A stretch of DNA of 64,000 nt from the human T2T-CHM13v2.0 reference genome, Homo sapiens. Positions 30,701 through 46,689 of this stretch are shown piece by piece. Each line of letters opens with the position of its first letter. The stretch's first letter is position 1. The stretch lies in NCBI RefSeq assembly GCF_009914755.1, contig NC_060940.1. One strand, given 5' to 3'. Under the pieces are notes generated by a model that saw only the letters and a program-made list of their open reading frames with translations, searched no databases and was not told the DNA's origin. The position numbers were made by a program, and so were the translations under genes.

Positions 30701-31372
30701 TCCTAACAGGTAGCATACCTGCACTCGGAACTTGCACAGCCGCTCCCCAGTCTCTCACAGGGATTAGGTAACGATACTCAGAGCTAGAGCAGGCATTTGG
30801 GACTGCCCAAACCAGCTGCTCTTCCTGCTTTCTGAAGCTTCCCCGGGGGAATCTTCTGGCTCCCAGTCCGAGCCTCCTGTGGTCAGCTCCTCCTTGCCCA
30901 GTCGTCGTTTGCAGTACAGCAGGGGCGTGGTCATTTGCAAATGTCCCAGAGGGCCCCCTCCAGTCGCTTCACATCGGTCTCAAGTCGGGCTGACTGAGGG
31001 CATGACTTTCTGTCTCAGGCATGGAGCCCAGATCACAGATCGAAACTCCGCTAAATCTAGAGGCCACGGGTCCCAAACACCAGTCATTTGCTGAGCACTG
31101 TCGCAATTTTTTTATATCCCTCCCATCAATACAAGCTGGATTTTTTTATTAAGTAGAAGCTAAAAGTAAAAAGTAATATAAAAACAAAACAGCATTAAAC
31201 TTCAGTTAGATACATTTGCTTTCTCTCTTCAAAAAAATCGGGGTTGGCGGGGGAGGATTAATAAATGTTAAGGTTTTTTAAACGTATATTACCAAACAGA
31301 CTTTCTCTTTGAGGACTCAGAAAGTCCTCAAAAGACTCATAAAGGAGCAAGAATTGGAAAAGGATTAAATGA

Positions 31373-32005
<633 letters not shown>

Positions 32006-33078
32006 TAACTGCACTGGAAGTGGCCAATTCACAAGTGTGATGCATCAGAGATTAGCACGTTGGAACCACCAACATGTCACCTTGTGGTGTGAGGTCATCT
32101 CGACTTCGTAAGCCCTCAGCATACCCAGGCTTCTCCCAAAATCTGTGAGTTGCAGCAGCCACAGAGAGAACAGTCTGAAACTCTTATAATTTGCAGCTTT
32201 TTATCTGTATGAATCAGAGCTCCTGCCCATTCCTGTGCAAGCACAGACACAGGCTGGCTTAGAAACCAGCAGTGGACATAAACCTCTGCTGCCCAAGTGT
32301 TGCAATCCTCAAAGCAGCCTTGTGGTTGAAAGTGGAGATTTTTACCCACGACCTCAGGATCATGAAGGCAGCACCTATGGTAAAGCAGTCGATTGCCAAA
32401 CCTCTTCTGAAAGGAATGTGGGGCTTTCACAACAATAATCGGCACTGGCCTTAGACCCAGGCAGGAGGGCACCTGCCACAGACCCCACGCTTGAGAGGCC
32501 CTTACGTGTCGCAGACCCACACGCAGGACTCCTATGTCCCTGGGATACAGCACTCAGTGTTGGCCCGGACTTAGCGTCCACTCTCGCACAACCACCCCCC
32601 AAGCCTCGAAGAAACACTGTCTGCGTCTCCCGCTTGACAACTTGGAAACAAAAGGCCACTTCATCTAAATGCTGTAAAGGCAGGTAGGTTGTGCATCACC
32701 AACAGAGACAGACATTGCACTGGAGTAGAGGCAGGGTCTGAGAGGTGGAAGAGCTGAGGTGAGACAAGAGGTGCAGTCATTGAATTGTCTGGTCCTTCCT
32801 CTCTGATAGCAGGAGTCCAAGAGCCTCTTGCCTGACAAAGTCCAGCTTGCCATGGTGCAGGTGTAATTTATGAATCTCACTCGACTGCATTCAGTTACTC
32901 ATCCAGACGGTGCCAGCCCATCCATACGATGCACAGTCATCTCTGACATCTTGCTGACCCTTAGGCACATAAAAACATAGCTGTACCCAGTTTTTTTCCA
33001 ACTGTATTGTTAGACAGGACAGAGGCTAGAAAATATTTTATTAGGACCCAGAGATGGGTCCTGAGCCTGGCATCGTCA

Positions 33079-33474
<396 letters not shown>

Positions 33475-34380
33475 TTAATTTTTTATGTAAAATTTTTCAT
33501 CTTGGCCTTCAAATGAGGTGTTTGTTGTTAAAACGCTTCTGTGGTCATTTGGTAAACAGAGTTTGAAACTTGAGCAAGACGATTAGCAGGCTCTGCCGAA
33601 CTGCGCTGCTGACGCTGCAGGCTGAGCTGCCTCCTCCCTGGCCCTCATGTTCATTCTCAGGTCGGCTGTCAGTGGCTGCTTGCAGTGGTGACAATGCTGC
33701 TGGGTGCTGCTGGCTGCAGGCACCTCTTGGAATGAGCTGTGATTTTTGTGTCTCCTTTTGCAGCTCCGACTGGAAAGCCTGCATCAACACAGAAGGACAC
33801 TTGCTCCTTCTGATCTGCAAAGGCCCAGGTGCCCACAGGCCTGGCCCCGGGGCTGTTCCCACAGCTGGCATGGACGACCCTCTGAACATTTCTGATGTCA
33901 TCTGCCTTATCTTCCTAGGGTCTGTGCTGTCCTTAAGCAGCAGCGCTATTCACCCTGGGATCTGGGGCAAAGTGCCGGTGTCCACATGAGGAGGGGTAGG
34001 AGGTGTCCCTGGGGGTGGGGAAGCAGTGCTGGGTGGACATCGCTGCCCAGAGGAAGCGGTGGACAGACGGGTGTGCATTTCTCCTCCCTCGCAGCGGCTG
34101 CCCATGCAAGGGCAGCTCTTAGGAGAATAACCACGGGCAGACAATGAATTATGGGCAGAAATATGGTGGTGAGGGGGTCTCACCCCTCAAGGAGGGTCCC
34201 ACCCAGAGCTCCCCACAAGGCCAGCAGCCTCCTGAGCCTCATTCTCCTGGTGGAAGGCTCCGAGCTGACCAAGCCCTGACCTGATTCTGAATGTGTCGAG
34301 CGGTGGAGGAGTGTCAGTCCAGCAGGGGAGTTCCACGGAGAATTTCCTCCCTTACGGGAAATGGGATGGAGGCAGGACAA

Positions 34381-34620
34381 GTAGAAACCTCTGTCCCCAC
34401 AGCCAGCAGGGCCGCCTGGGAGGAGGCACAGGGAGGGTACCGAGGTTGGTAGAAACCTCCATCCCCAGGGCTCCCACATCCTCACAGCCAGCAGGGCCAC
34501 CTGGGAGGAGGCACAGGGAGGGCACCGAGGTTGGTAGAAACCTCCATCCCCAGGGCTCCCACATCCTCACAGCCAGCAGGGCTGCCTGGGAGGAGGCACC
34601 GGGTGGGCACCGAGGTTGGT
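34381..34620. repeat. 85-bp tandem repeat, ~2.8 copies
   Basis: AGCCAGCAGGGC starts at 34401, 34486 and 34571 with near-identical intervening sequence. Confidence 0.9.
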
Positions 34621-37237
34621 CTGGGTTTGAGCCCTGCGCCAGCACCTGCTTGCGTGTGACCGTGGGAAAGGCACATCCTTCAGCAGTTGTTTACTGAGCA
34701 CCTACCGTGTGCAGGGCCCTGTGTACCCATCATCACAGCAACCCAACCTGCCCCTTGGGCACACCTTGGCAAGATGTGCCCCTTTTCCAGGTGCTATCAC
34801 CGAGGCTGCAGTTGCTCCGGAGGAGCTGCAGCAGAGGACGGGAGCGGGGCCGGCTGGGCCCTCAGGCAGAGCCACCCTGAGGCTGCCCACCACTGACCGG
34901 GCACCCCAGCAAGCCCAGGGCAGGACTTTGTGATGCGACAAACGGCCCAGCCTGGCCTCTTGTCCCCCAGCTCCCCTGTTACCACGTCGGGGGGGTGTCC
35001 CCTGGGGGAGGGCCAACCCCAGTGTGTCCACTCCTCCCCGGCCAAACTGGTCACCTCTGTCACCTCTGCTGCACCCGGCCCCTTCGTTGTCAGGTAAGGA
35101 GGGCCTGGAGCAGGGAGGGGCAGGGGCTGCTCCAGGAAGGGGTGAGGTGTGCTGGGGGGCCTGGTAGGGCCAGGCAGGAGGAGGGGCTCCTGGGCGGTGG
35201 CCCTGGAGGCAGGAGGCTCAGCTTGTGGACTCTGGGGTGCAGGTGGCCTGGGTGGGAACCTGGTGCTGTTGCTTGCCCGTCGTGTGATCTTGGGACAGTG
35301 CCATAACCTGTGAGCTGCCATCTCCCTGGCAGTAAAATGGCTCCTCGGGTCTCTTCCTCGCAGGGGTCCTGGGAGGTGAAGTGAGCCCCTCCACGGGAGG
35401 CCCTGGCACTCGCCCCACGTGCAGACCGCGCTCGATACACATCGCCCATAGTCATCAGGCCCCGGAACCGACCGCCACTCATGCCTATCTCAGCCAGGCT
35501 TGGGCGCTGTCCTCTGGTCACCAGCCCCTCGTTGATTCCCCACCCACTGCCATGCTGGGGCCTGGCCCCTTCATCCTGGTGGATGGGGGAGAGCGGACAG
35601 CAGGAGCAGGTCTCCCCAGCATGCCTCTTTGCGTCTACATCCTGTCATTCTCAGCTGGCTGTGGGTGGCACTCACCTGGGGGAGGCTTGGGTCCCCGGCA
35701 GAGGCCTAGCATTAGGTTTTCTGACCCTGAGTCTCATCTGTGAACGAGCTTGCCCAGGGGACTCTGTGTGCCCCACAGTGTGTGACTCAGAGAATAAACT
35801 ACAGGCCCTCCAAGGACGCCCATGGCCACCCCCAGCCTGTCCCACCACAGAACGGCAGATGCTGCAGCCTCACCGGGCTTTTGGTTCCCGTGTTCAAGAC
35901 CATCCCCTTCTCTGTCCAGCGAGCTCCATTCAGGGCTGAGCAAGAATGGCCTCCAGGATCCCACAAGGAAAGGCGGGGCTGCGGTTTGAACCCAGATCTC
36001 TCCAGACTGTTCCACTACAACCCATGGCTGCCCATGAGAACCACCTGGAAAGCTTTGGACAACACCGAAACCCAGTTCCCAACCCCAGACCGCAAGTAGA
36101 GTCCCTGGTCAGGGGCCCCACCCAGCCCTGTGATCCCAGCTCCACCAGCAGAGGCAGCAGATCGGGGGTCCAGGGCCTCAGTGCACTCCCATCCCCGTCG
36201 GGGTGCTCCGGCCCTGCTCCTCCACCCCTCAGCCCTGGCTCCCAGCACTCCAGACTCACACTTGGTTTTGGAGTCTTTGCCCAGGAGTAACCCCCAAACG
36301 TGTCCTGGTCCTTCCTACGGTGGCAGGCACTGGGGAACCCTCAGCTCTGAGTGTGGGAACACGTGCTGGGACTTATCGGCGTGGTAGGTCCAGCCAGGTT
36401 TGAAGTTGGACAGGCCCACTCCCTGGAGAGACACCTGGTCCCATGCACACACAAAGGCCACGGAGCCTGTTAGGTGGAGGCTCCTGGGGCCTCAGCTGCT
36501 CCGACCTCACCTCAGGAGGCTCAGCCGCTCTGACCCCACCCCCGCCACTTCCTGGCAGGATGACCTTGGGAAGGCTGTTTTGCCTCAGTTTCCTCATCTG
36601 TAAAATGCCTAGAACGGCAGCTCCCTCATGAGGAGGCTGAGACACCCCACGGTGTAACACAGGAAAGATGCTGAGCTCTGCCGGTGTGGTGGGGAGCGAT
36701 GAGTGCTCCAGAAACGGTCCCCACGCTCCACTGTGTGCCGGAGCCTCTGCACTTGGGCCACCGTTTCCTGCGCCTTCTGTAGGAGCAGCATGGCCTTGGC
36801 GCACGCTCGCCCTGCGTGAGCATGGTGTCACTCTCCTCCCGTGCCGTCTCTTTCCCATTTTAAACATCTCCAAGGTTGACAGCAAAGGCTTCTGGGGCTC
36901 CAGGGTCACAGCCAAGGGCAGATGAGATCAAGTACAGCCACACTGCCACCCTTGTTCCCTTCATTTTGTGAGACTTCGCCTCCGGCAAACACGAGGCCCA
37001 GAATGTTCCACCAGGGTAGCAGCAGGTGCCCAGCTTGGGGAGGGAAGAGGCGCCGAGCGACCCCCCCAGCCCCTGCCCTGCGCATGCCCCTTGTCTCCTC
37101 GATGCGCCTCCCCCACCTCTACAGGGCCGGCAGCTGTGCTGGAGCCCAGACCTGAAACTGGAAGGAAAGATGATCCTCCACAGACTTCTCATCAATCCTT
37201 TTGCCGGGGTTTAATCCCCCTGCAATTCCTCCTGAAT

Positions 37238-37645
37238 GAGTTTCCTGTACCTGACATCACCAGTGACCACAAACTAAGTGGCTTAAAGCAACAGAAATGT
37301 ACCCTCTCATCATCTGGAGCAGAAGTCAAAATTCAAGGCATCAGCAGGACCCCCGCCCTCTGGAGCTTCCAGGGAAGGATCTTCGTTGACTCCTCCGGCT
37401 TCAGGGGGCTCCAGGCGTCCCTTGGTTCTAACCGCTGCCTCTGTGGTCTTGTGGCCGCCTTCCCTGGGTCCTCAGATCCCCCCCTTGCATATAAGGACAC
37501 TTGTCGTGGGATATGGGGCCCACCCTAAATCCAGGATGGTCTCATTCGAAGATCCCTAACTGAATGAATTCTGTAAAGACCCCTTTTCCAATCAAGGCCG
37601 CATTTACAGATTCCCGACACGTCACTGGGAAGCCACCATTTGGTC
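37238..37645 (-). mobile_element. MLT1-type MaLR LTR
   Basis: ccacaaactaagtggcttaaagcaacagaaat...ataaggacac...gggcccaccctaaatccaggat, a recalled MLT1 signature. Confidence 0.7.
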
Positions 37646-40600
37646 CTCAACATCCCGTCTCCTCCGCCCCCAGATGCGACGGCGTCTCAGCAGCGACTTG
37701 GAGCCATGCAGGGTTTCTGTTGTGGTTGTTCACTTGGGTAAGCTTCCTGCTCTTACCGACAGTGGATGACACACTCCCCACTCCCACGCCACTTCATGTT
37801 CCTTCGGGAGCGGAGGGGGTTGGAAGAATAAACACCCAGATCTTCAAGACGTAAAGTCCCTTGCAGAGAACCCAGACCGGCCCCCTTATTTATGGATGAG
37901 AATCCTGAAGCCCAGATTGTGGCTTTTGAACTAAGCTCACAAATCCATCTGATTGTCTGCACCCTCGCCACCACCCTAGCCTCTGGCCCAACCTTTGCAG
38001 CAACAGGCCCTTCTCCCAGCAGCCGATGGTGGCCTTTCTGCAAACCCCACGAGAGCCTGCTCCTGCCCTGCTCTTCCTCCCAGCCCCAGCCCCCCTCGGG
38101 GCGACAGCAGCCTCCATCTCTGCCCCACACACCTCAAAGCTCAGCTTTGGCGCTGAACCCCACAGAGCCCCGTCCCCTCCTGTCTCGGCCTCGGCTTCCA
38201 TCCCCGCTGCGGGGCTTCTCTGGGCCCAGCTTTCCTGGCTAAGGTCTTTGGTCCTTAATCTTACTTCTGCAGAAGGTCTCTAAGCCCCCTAGACTGGCTT
38301 GGGGGGTGGCATCTCAGCCTGCCCAGCAGCGTGCGCCATGGGTGTGGCATTTGCCTCCCGCTTGCTCCCCTCCTCTGCCTGTGAACGCCGTCTGACGGGT
38401 CTTGGCATTTGCCCCCCCAGAGTTAGCCCCGTGCCGGATGAACAAGTAACAGGTGTCCCGCGCCAATTCTCTGGCCAGAAAGAAGCCAGCTCTGGCCTGC
38501 TGGCCCTCAGTCCAGGGCTCGTTGTGGCTTCTGCAAAGGGAAAGCCAGCGGCCACTCCTGGGGAGTCAGGGGCTTAAAGCATCCTGCAAGGGGTGACCCT
38601 TCTGATGTTGTGTCTCCAGGGACAGAAAGGCCAGTCCCAGAGGGAGGAGACCGTGGCCCTGTTCATCTCTTGCTTAAAGAATGCATGTCGGCCCAATTCA
38701 GGCAAGGGTATGTAGGGAGCACTTACTATGTGCCAGGCAGTTGAGATACACCAGGGAAGAGAGCAGAGGACACCCTGCCCTCTGGGAACCTGCATCCCAA
38801 GGTGGGGACTCAGACAAACAAATGAACAAGGAAGTGTGTAGCACCTAAAGCGCCAATGAGACTGTGTAGAAAAATGTAGCTGCGTGAGCGGGAGGGAGTT
38901 CCGGTTTCATGCAGGGAGCGCTGGCCTGGCTGAGAAGACGCTGGAGCACAGACCTGAATTCACTGAGGCAGCGTCGTGTGGGCGTCTGAGGGAACAGTGT
39001 TCCAGGCACAGGGAACAGCCAGTACAAAGGCCCTGGGGTAAGAGTCAATCAGGAGCAGGGAGGAGCCCAGGGAGATGGAGACGGGGACAAGGGACCCAGC
39101 TCAGCGGTGACTTGTCGATATCCGGCGTGGTCAGCAGAGGGCTTTGTTCTGGTGTGGGTGTCCCGGCCGCTGTGTGGAGGGTGTGTTGGGGGCACCGTTC
39201 AGCTGGGAGGCTTTGCAGCAACCCAGGGTCACAGGGAGGGGCCCAGGGGTCAGAATCCAAATCTATTTGCAGGTGGAGCTGGTGGGTTCGCGAAGGGACT
39301 GGGGTGTGAACGAAAGAGGGGGCAAGGTTGACTCAGGGTTCAGCCTGAGCCACTGAAGCAAGAGAGCGGGGCTGGAGTGGGAAGGAAGGAGGCGTGGGCA
39401 GCGCCAGCTTTGGCGCCCGGGCAGGGAGCAGTGCGAGTTCCCAGGGAGAGGAGGCGGCTGGGCACGTCCTGCCCCGGGTTCACCCTTCACCCAGAAGCCC
39501 CTTTCTTCTGCTGAGCCTGCAGGCAGGGCCTCACCCACCCACCCAGGTGGGACCCAGCCCACCCGGCCCTCCCAGAGCTGAGTGGCTCACACAGAGGGAC
39601 ACCGTGTCCCTAAGCGCCTGGGACACAGCCCCATTGCCCTCGCAGCCCAGCAAGACTCCCAGCCCCATCATCACTCCGCCCGCTTGCCTGCTGCTTGCCA
39701 CCCAGAGCAGGAGGCAGCATGCCTGCCAGGGCACCCAGCCTGCAGGGACGGGCAGGCCCGCTGAGCCCTCCTTCCAGGACGTGGAAGTGTCAGAGACACA
39801 GCTCCCAATTAAGGGCCTGGGCAGCACCCAGAAACCCTGGACCTCTGCCAGCTGCAGACTCTTCCTAATCAGGGGAAAAGACCCCGAACCCAGGCAGGCT
39901 GACCCAGCATCCAGACCCAGCTCTGTCTCCCCAGCTCCTCCGCTGCTAATAACAGTAATAATAACAATGGCAGCGACCATTGCTGCAGAGGTTACTGTGT
40001 GCCAGGCACCATTCCCAGCGCCACCCGTCATTCTCAGTCACGGGAGATGGCTGCTGTTTTCCTCTCCATTTTGCCCTGAGGAAACTGAGACCCAGAGTGG
40101 TTAAGTCACTGGCCCAAGCCACACAGCCGGGAAGCAGCCCCTGAGGCTGGTTCCTGACTCCACTGCCTCTCGGCCCTGTGGGGTCAACCCTCTGTCCCCC
40201 TCTCCGCTATTGCCATCTTCACCCCCAGAGCTCCACACCCTCGGGTCCTACTGCTGACCTCAGACCCACAGGGCCCTGCCAGCCCCCAGGCCTCTGCCTG
40301 TGCTCTTCTTTCTGCCTGGAGTGCTCTTCCCGTGGCCGGCTCCCCACCCACTCCTCGGGCCTCAGTGGAAAAGCCCCCTCTTCACAAAGGCCAGCCCTGG
40401 TGGCCCATCTTCCCCCCGCATCAGGACCCCGTCTCGCCTTCCTGCTCACTCATTCATTGAATGCAACTGTACTGAGCATGCGCTGAGTGCCGTCTGGGCC
40501 AGGGATGAAACAGAGAATGAGGACAGCGCGGTCCCAGCTTTGGCAGACCTGACCTCCGGCACAGGGTGTGCGTTCTTGGGCACAGCTACCAGCATGGCCG

Positions 40601-41660
40601 GTGCTGTCATCTGACCTTCTCCTTTCCATCCTCCTTCTTAAATATTCATGAGCTCATGGGATCGTGCCTGAGATTAGCTGGTCTTCCCGTATGACCCTGG
40701 AGAATCACTGATCGTCGTCGTCACCCAAGTGAATCCTTGTTGCGCTGCCCCTAGGTCCCCCTCATCTTGGGCTCTCCCCACCCAGCATCTGCCATTTCCA
40801 CCCTCAGGAAATCCCTCCTGCTCCTCAGTGGGAAGACAGAAGCACCAGAGTGGCTTCAAAGGTGAGTCCTCAACTGACAGAGCTTAGGGCCGGTGTGGCA
40901 GATGGCATGCCCTGAACTGGCTCCCATGCTTCCCAGAATGGCCGCTATCTGTGGAGTTCTGTGGAGCACAGGCCTAGTTTGAGCCCCTCAAGACCAAGTT
41001 TTGAGTCTCCTCATTTTACTGGTTTCTCTTTTCTGAACATTTTCCAACTTGGTGTTTCCATTAAGCTGTGGGGCTCAGAACGTGGTTTCATTGATCAATG
41101 ACAAATCAAGCAGGACCATCACCTCCCACATTCTGTAGACTATGCCCTTATTAATGTGACCCAAGATTGCAATATAGAAAGATCATCATCCTCTTGCCTC
41201 TCCCACTGATCCTAGCTCTAAGGCAGTGGTTCTCCCCAGCCTACACAATGCAATCATTTGAGAATTTAAAAAATCCAGGATTATCATCTCTGGAGATGGT
41301 CTCAGGTGATTACGATGGGTAGCCAGAACCAAAAGATGGAGATGCTGCTGTCCCATGGCCTCCTAGTCCTCTGAGCCCCAGCCACTATCCCTAACTCCTT
41401 AAGTCCCTGGTCTCCAGGAGTTTAAGGGTGACAGTCGGCATTTATGCCAGCTGCTAACCATGGTTCCCAAAGTGTGTTCCAGGGAGCAGTAGTGCTGCAG
41501 AGTGCAAAGCTGCACATCTCTTTCCAACTCCACTGTTCAGAAGTATTACACTGGTAACGTGACATTGATCATGGTGGGAGTGTTCACGCCACAGATATTG
41601 GTGGACTGCAAAACAGGGCTTTCCACAGTGCCCCCCAAGGCTGGTGGTTGGTGGTGGTTG

Positions 41661-41949
41661 TTTTTTCTTGACATGGAGTCTCGCTCTGTCACCCAGGCTG
41701 GAGTGCAATGGCATGATCTCGGCTCACTGCAACCTCCACCTCTCACATTCAAGTGATTCTCCTGCCTCAGCCTCCTGAGTAGCTGGGATTACAGGTGCCT
41801 GCCACCACACCTGGCTAATTTTTGTATTTTTAGCAGAGGCAGGGTTTCACCGTGTTGACCAGGCTGGTCTCAAACTCCTGACCTCGTGATCCGCCCACCT
41901 CAGCCTCCCAGAGTGCTGGGATTACAGGCGTGAGCCACCACGCCCGGCC
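41661..41949 (-). mobile_element. Alu (AluS-like)
   Basis: Antisense Alu; TSD CCCAAG(G/A)CTGGT. Confidence 0.93.
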
Positions 41950-42510
41950 CCAAGACTGGTTGTTAAACATTTGTCAACACAGCACTGTCCTGACCACCCA
42001 CTCCTCTCACCCTCTGGACTCTGTCACAGCCACCCATTGATCAAAAGCAACCAGAAGCCAGCTGGCCAAAGCGCGTAAGGGTGCAGAGCCTGGGGCTCAG
42101 CCTCCTGGAGCTCAGAGCAGGACAGAGGAGGTGGAAAATGGATGGGGGAAGCCAGTAGAAAATGATCAGCCTGCCCACACCTGCTCTCAGGGAGACATGA
42201 CACGTGCAGTCAACATGTTCCTCTGCGTGAGGCAGACCTGCATGCCAGCACTGAGCCAGGCGACCACCTGGTAGCTGGATGATCCATCAAGGAGGCTCTG
42301 GTGCCCTGCTTATGTAATAGACCACGTCAGCCCCATGTACTAGAACCTCTTTTTAATTTTTTGGAATAGTGATAACATCTACTCAAAGAAAACGATGCTC
42401 CATTTTGATTGATTCATCTCTGACACATTCCTAGGCCAGGAGTCAGAAGCTCTCACACTTGAGCATACATCAGAACCCCTGGGTAGCGGGGAGGTTAAGA
42501 ACATGATTGC

Positions 42511-42886
<376 letters not shown>

Positions 42887-43564
42887 TCAAAATCCCCAGG
42901 TGCTGCTGTCCTGGCACGCCACTTTCAGAATTCACTGCTGCATGTAGACTAAACTGTAATACTCCCCTCCTCTGACAAAGCCAAAGTGGCTGGCTGTGTT
43001 ATCACCCCAGCAGGCATGGAGGAAGGGCCGGGCCTCCTCCTCGTGGATCTAGGTGGCGTGCGTGGACCAGGGTTTGCAGTGAATGAAAGGCCAGGTGTTT
43101 GCAAAGAGGGCACCAGATATGGGGAGCCCTGGGCGACCTGCCCAGGAATCCTCCATGAGGTGCCGGGGCAGTACTGCAGCCCATGTATTTCAAGGATATT
43201 CAAACCGAAATGTCCTGAATGTCAAGGATAACTTGCCGAGAACAAGAGGAAGAGGCCTTGTCTACTCAGAAACCAGGAACTTACAGACCAAGCCCCACCC
43301 CGGCAGAGGAAGGAAACAGGAAGTCGGAAGAGAAGTCTAGGGAGAGAAACAGTCACGTCCAGGCTAAGGAAGATGCCACATGTCAAGGCAGAGGAATTTG
43401 CCTCTCAAAGCAGGAGTGTGGCTGAATCTCAGAGACACAACATCAAAACAAACCAGACGCAAGAGAGGACACTCTGTGTGATTCCATTTATGTCAAGCTC
43501 AGAACAGGCAAAACTACTCTGTGGGGACAAAAAGCAGAAAGGGGTCAAAAAACTGAGGGTCCCA

Positions 43565-43973
<409 letters not shown>

Positions 43974-45022
43974 TCAGCGTGGAACTCATCCCTCAGCCTG
44001 TGCCTACCCACACTCAGTTCCACGGATTCACTGCATGTTTGCTGAGGCCTCCTTGTCCTGCTGGGCTCTGGGGACACAGCTGGGGAGGAAAAAGTCACCA
44101 TCCCTGCCCTGACTGTACAGCATCCTCAGCGACAACACAAACCCAGTGTGCTCAGACAGCCCAAACCAAGGTGGCTTCGAGGAGGCAGGTGGAGGTGGCC
44201 AGAGGATGCCGGTCAGGAACTCGGAGGAGTTAGCAGGGTGAGAAGATGCTTTAGAGATCTTAGAAGACAAGGAGGCTCTCCCCAGGAGGGCGAGGGAGGG
44301 ACTTGTGCTCCAGGCAGAAAAGACAGTTTGTGCAGAAGGACAGAAATGGCGTGTCCTCAGAGGACAGTGGGCTTTCAGTACGGCTGGAACATGAGGTCCA
44401 AGGTGGGAACGAGTCAGAGGTCCAGCTGAGGAGACCCGCAGGGCTGGGGGATAGGAGGTCTGTGGCTCAGCTGAGTCTAAACTTTTCCTCTGAAGGCCGG
44501 GCAGTCATCAAAGCGCTGTAAGCAAGGGAGGGGCGTGGCCTGCTTTGCAGGTAGAAAGCCCGCTTGGTAGCAGGGAGCAGGGGGCAGGATGCTGAAAGGC
44601 TGCTGTGGAAACCCCGGTGCAGTGGGGGCAGCCCTCTGGAAAAGTGGGTGCAGTTTCTAATACACATCACCCTCACCTTCCCTGTGGCCTAGAAGTGCCG
44701 CTTCTCAGTCTTCACCCAAATGCCCAAATGAAAACAGATGGCACACAAAGACTCCCATGGGAACGGCCCGGCAGCAAGCTGGTGACAGCGAGCCTCCATC
44801 GCCGGGAAACAGAGCTGCAGGTGTTCAGGCAGGGGACGGGTTCAGCAGTGAGAAGGGGGAACCGCTGGTCTGCACATCGGTGTGGTGACCAGCAGAGACG
44901 CAATGTCGAGCCACAGAAGCCAGGCACAAGAGAGAACGTCCTGCGCGGTTCCATCTATGCCAACATCGAGAACAGGCACAACTGATGTATGGGACGGAAG
45001 TCAGAAAAGGGGTTGACTGCTG

Positions 45023-45745
45023 AGCCGGGCCCGGTGGCTCACGCTTGTAATCCCAGCACGGGAGGCCAAAGTGGGATGATCACTTGAGCCCAGGAGTTTG
45101 AGACCAGCCTGGGCAACGTGACACGGGGCACACCGGCAGGAATGCCTTCTTTTTTTTTTTTTTTTTTTTTTTTTTTGAGAGGCAGTCTCACTCTGTTGCC
45201 CAGGCTGGAGTGCAATGGCACGATGTCGGCTCACTGCAGCCTCCACCTCCCAGGATCAAGCGATTCTTCTGCCCTCAGCCTCCCGAGTAGCTGGGATTAC
45301 AGGCACACGCCACCATGCCCAGCTAATTTTGTATGTTTAGTAGAGATGGGTTTCACCATGTTGGTCAGGCTGGTCTCTCGAACTCCTGACGTCATGATCC
45401 ATCTGCCTCAGCCTCCCAAAATGCTGGGATTACAGGCGTGAGCCACCGCACTCAGCTGGAATGCCTTTTTTTTTTTTTTTTTTCCAAGACTGGGTCTAAC
45501 CCAGCCTGGAGTGCAGTGGTGTGATCTCCGCCTCCTGAGTTCAAACTATTCTCCTGCCTTAGCCTCCCAAGCAGTTGGGACCACAGCCACACACCACCAT
45601 ACTGGGCTAATTTTTTGTATTTTTAGTAGAGATGGGGTTTCACCATGTTGGCCAGGCTGGTCTCCCAACTCCTGATCTCAAGTGATCCACCTGCCTTAGC
45701 CTCTCAAGGTGCTGGGACTACAGGTGTGACCCACCGCGCCCGGCC
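45023..45745. mobile_element. Alu cluster: + monomer 45023-45122, - Alu 45147-45457, - Alu 45467-45745
   Basis: Alu consensus segments; GGAATGCCTT repeated at 45139 and 45458. Confidence 0.9.
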
Positions 45746-46328
45746 TGGAATCACTTTTTGGCTCGTCTGGTCTGGTTTTCAGAGCAGGAGCCTCAGAACC
45801 TCCTAGCCAGGAGTGCACTTACAAAGTTCCTGGTACAAGCCCCACCCACAGCAAGGCCGCGGAGATGCAAGCTCCATTCCCGCCGCTTCTCTGGACAGTG
45901 GAAAACTAGAGACAAATCTAGAGAGGGTTGCCCAGACCAAGGTAAAGCAAAGAAGGGCCTCCAGGCAGAGCCGCGCAGTGCAGTTGCGGGGAGGCGGCCA
46001 CGGGCGAGCCCACGCCCTGGAAGGACAGAGCAGAGAAACCGGGTGGGGAGGTCCTCCCAGGTCAGTCCATGCAGGGGCCTGTCAGTGCTGGGCCATCAGT
46101 CTGGGGTGGGCCTGGGGACAGCAGGAACTCCTGCCGGATGTTCAGTAGAGCAGGGCAGGGTCTAATTTGTAGTATATCAGATTCTGGAGGTATCAGAGCC
46201 TTGGTAGAAAAGGACAGGACTCTGGAATCCTGCTTTGCCTAGTGACAGGAGCCCAAAGGCCAGGAAACTCCCCAGAATGCCAGGAGGCCCGGCACTATGG
46301 CTTCTCTGTAGAGAAAGGTGCAGAGTGG

Positions 46329-46689
<361 letters not shown>

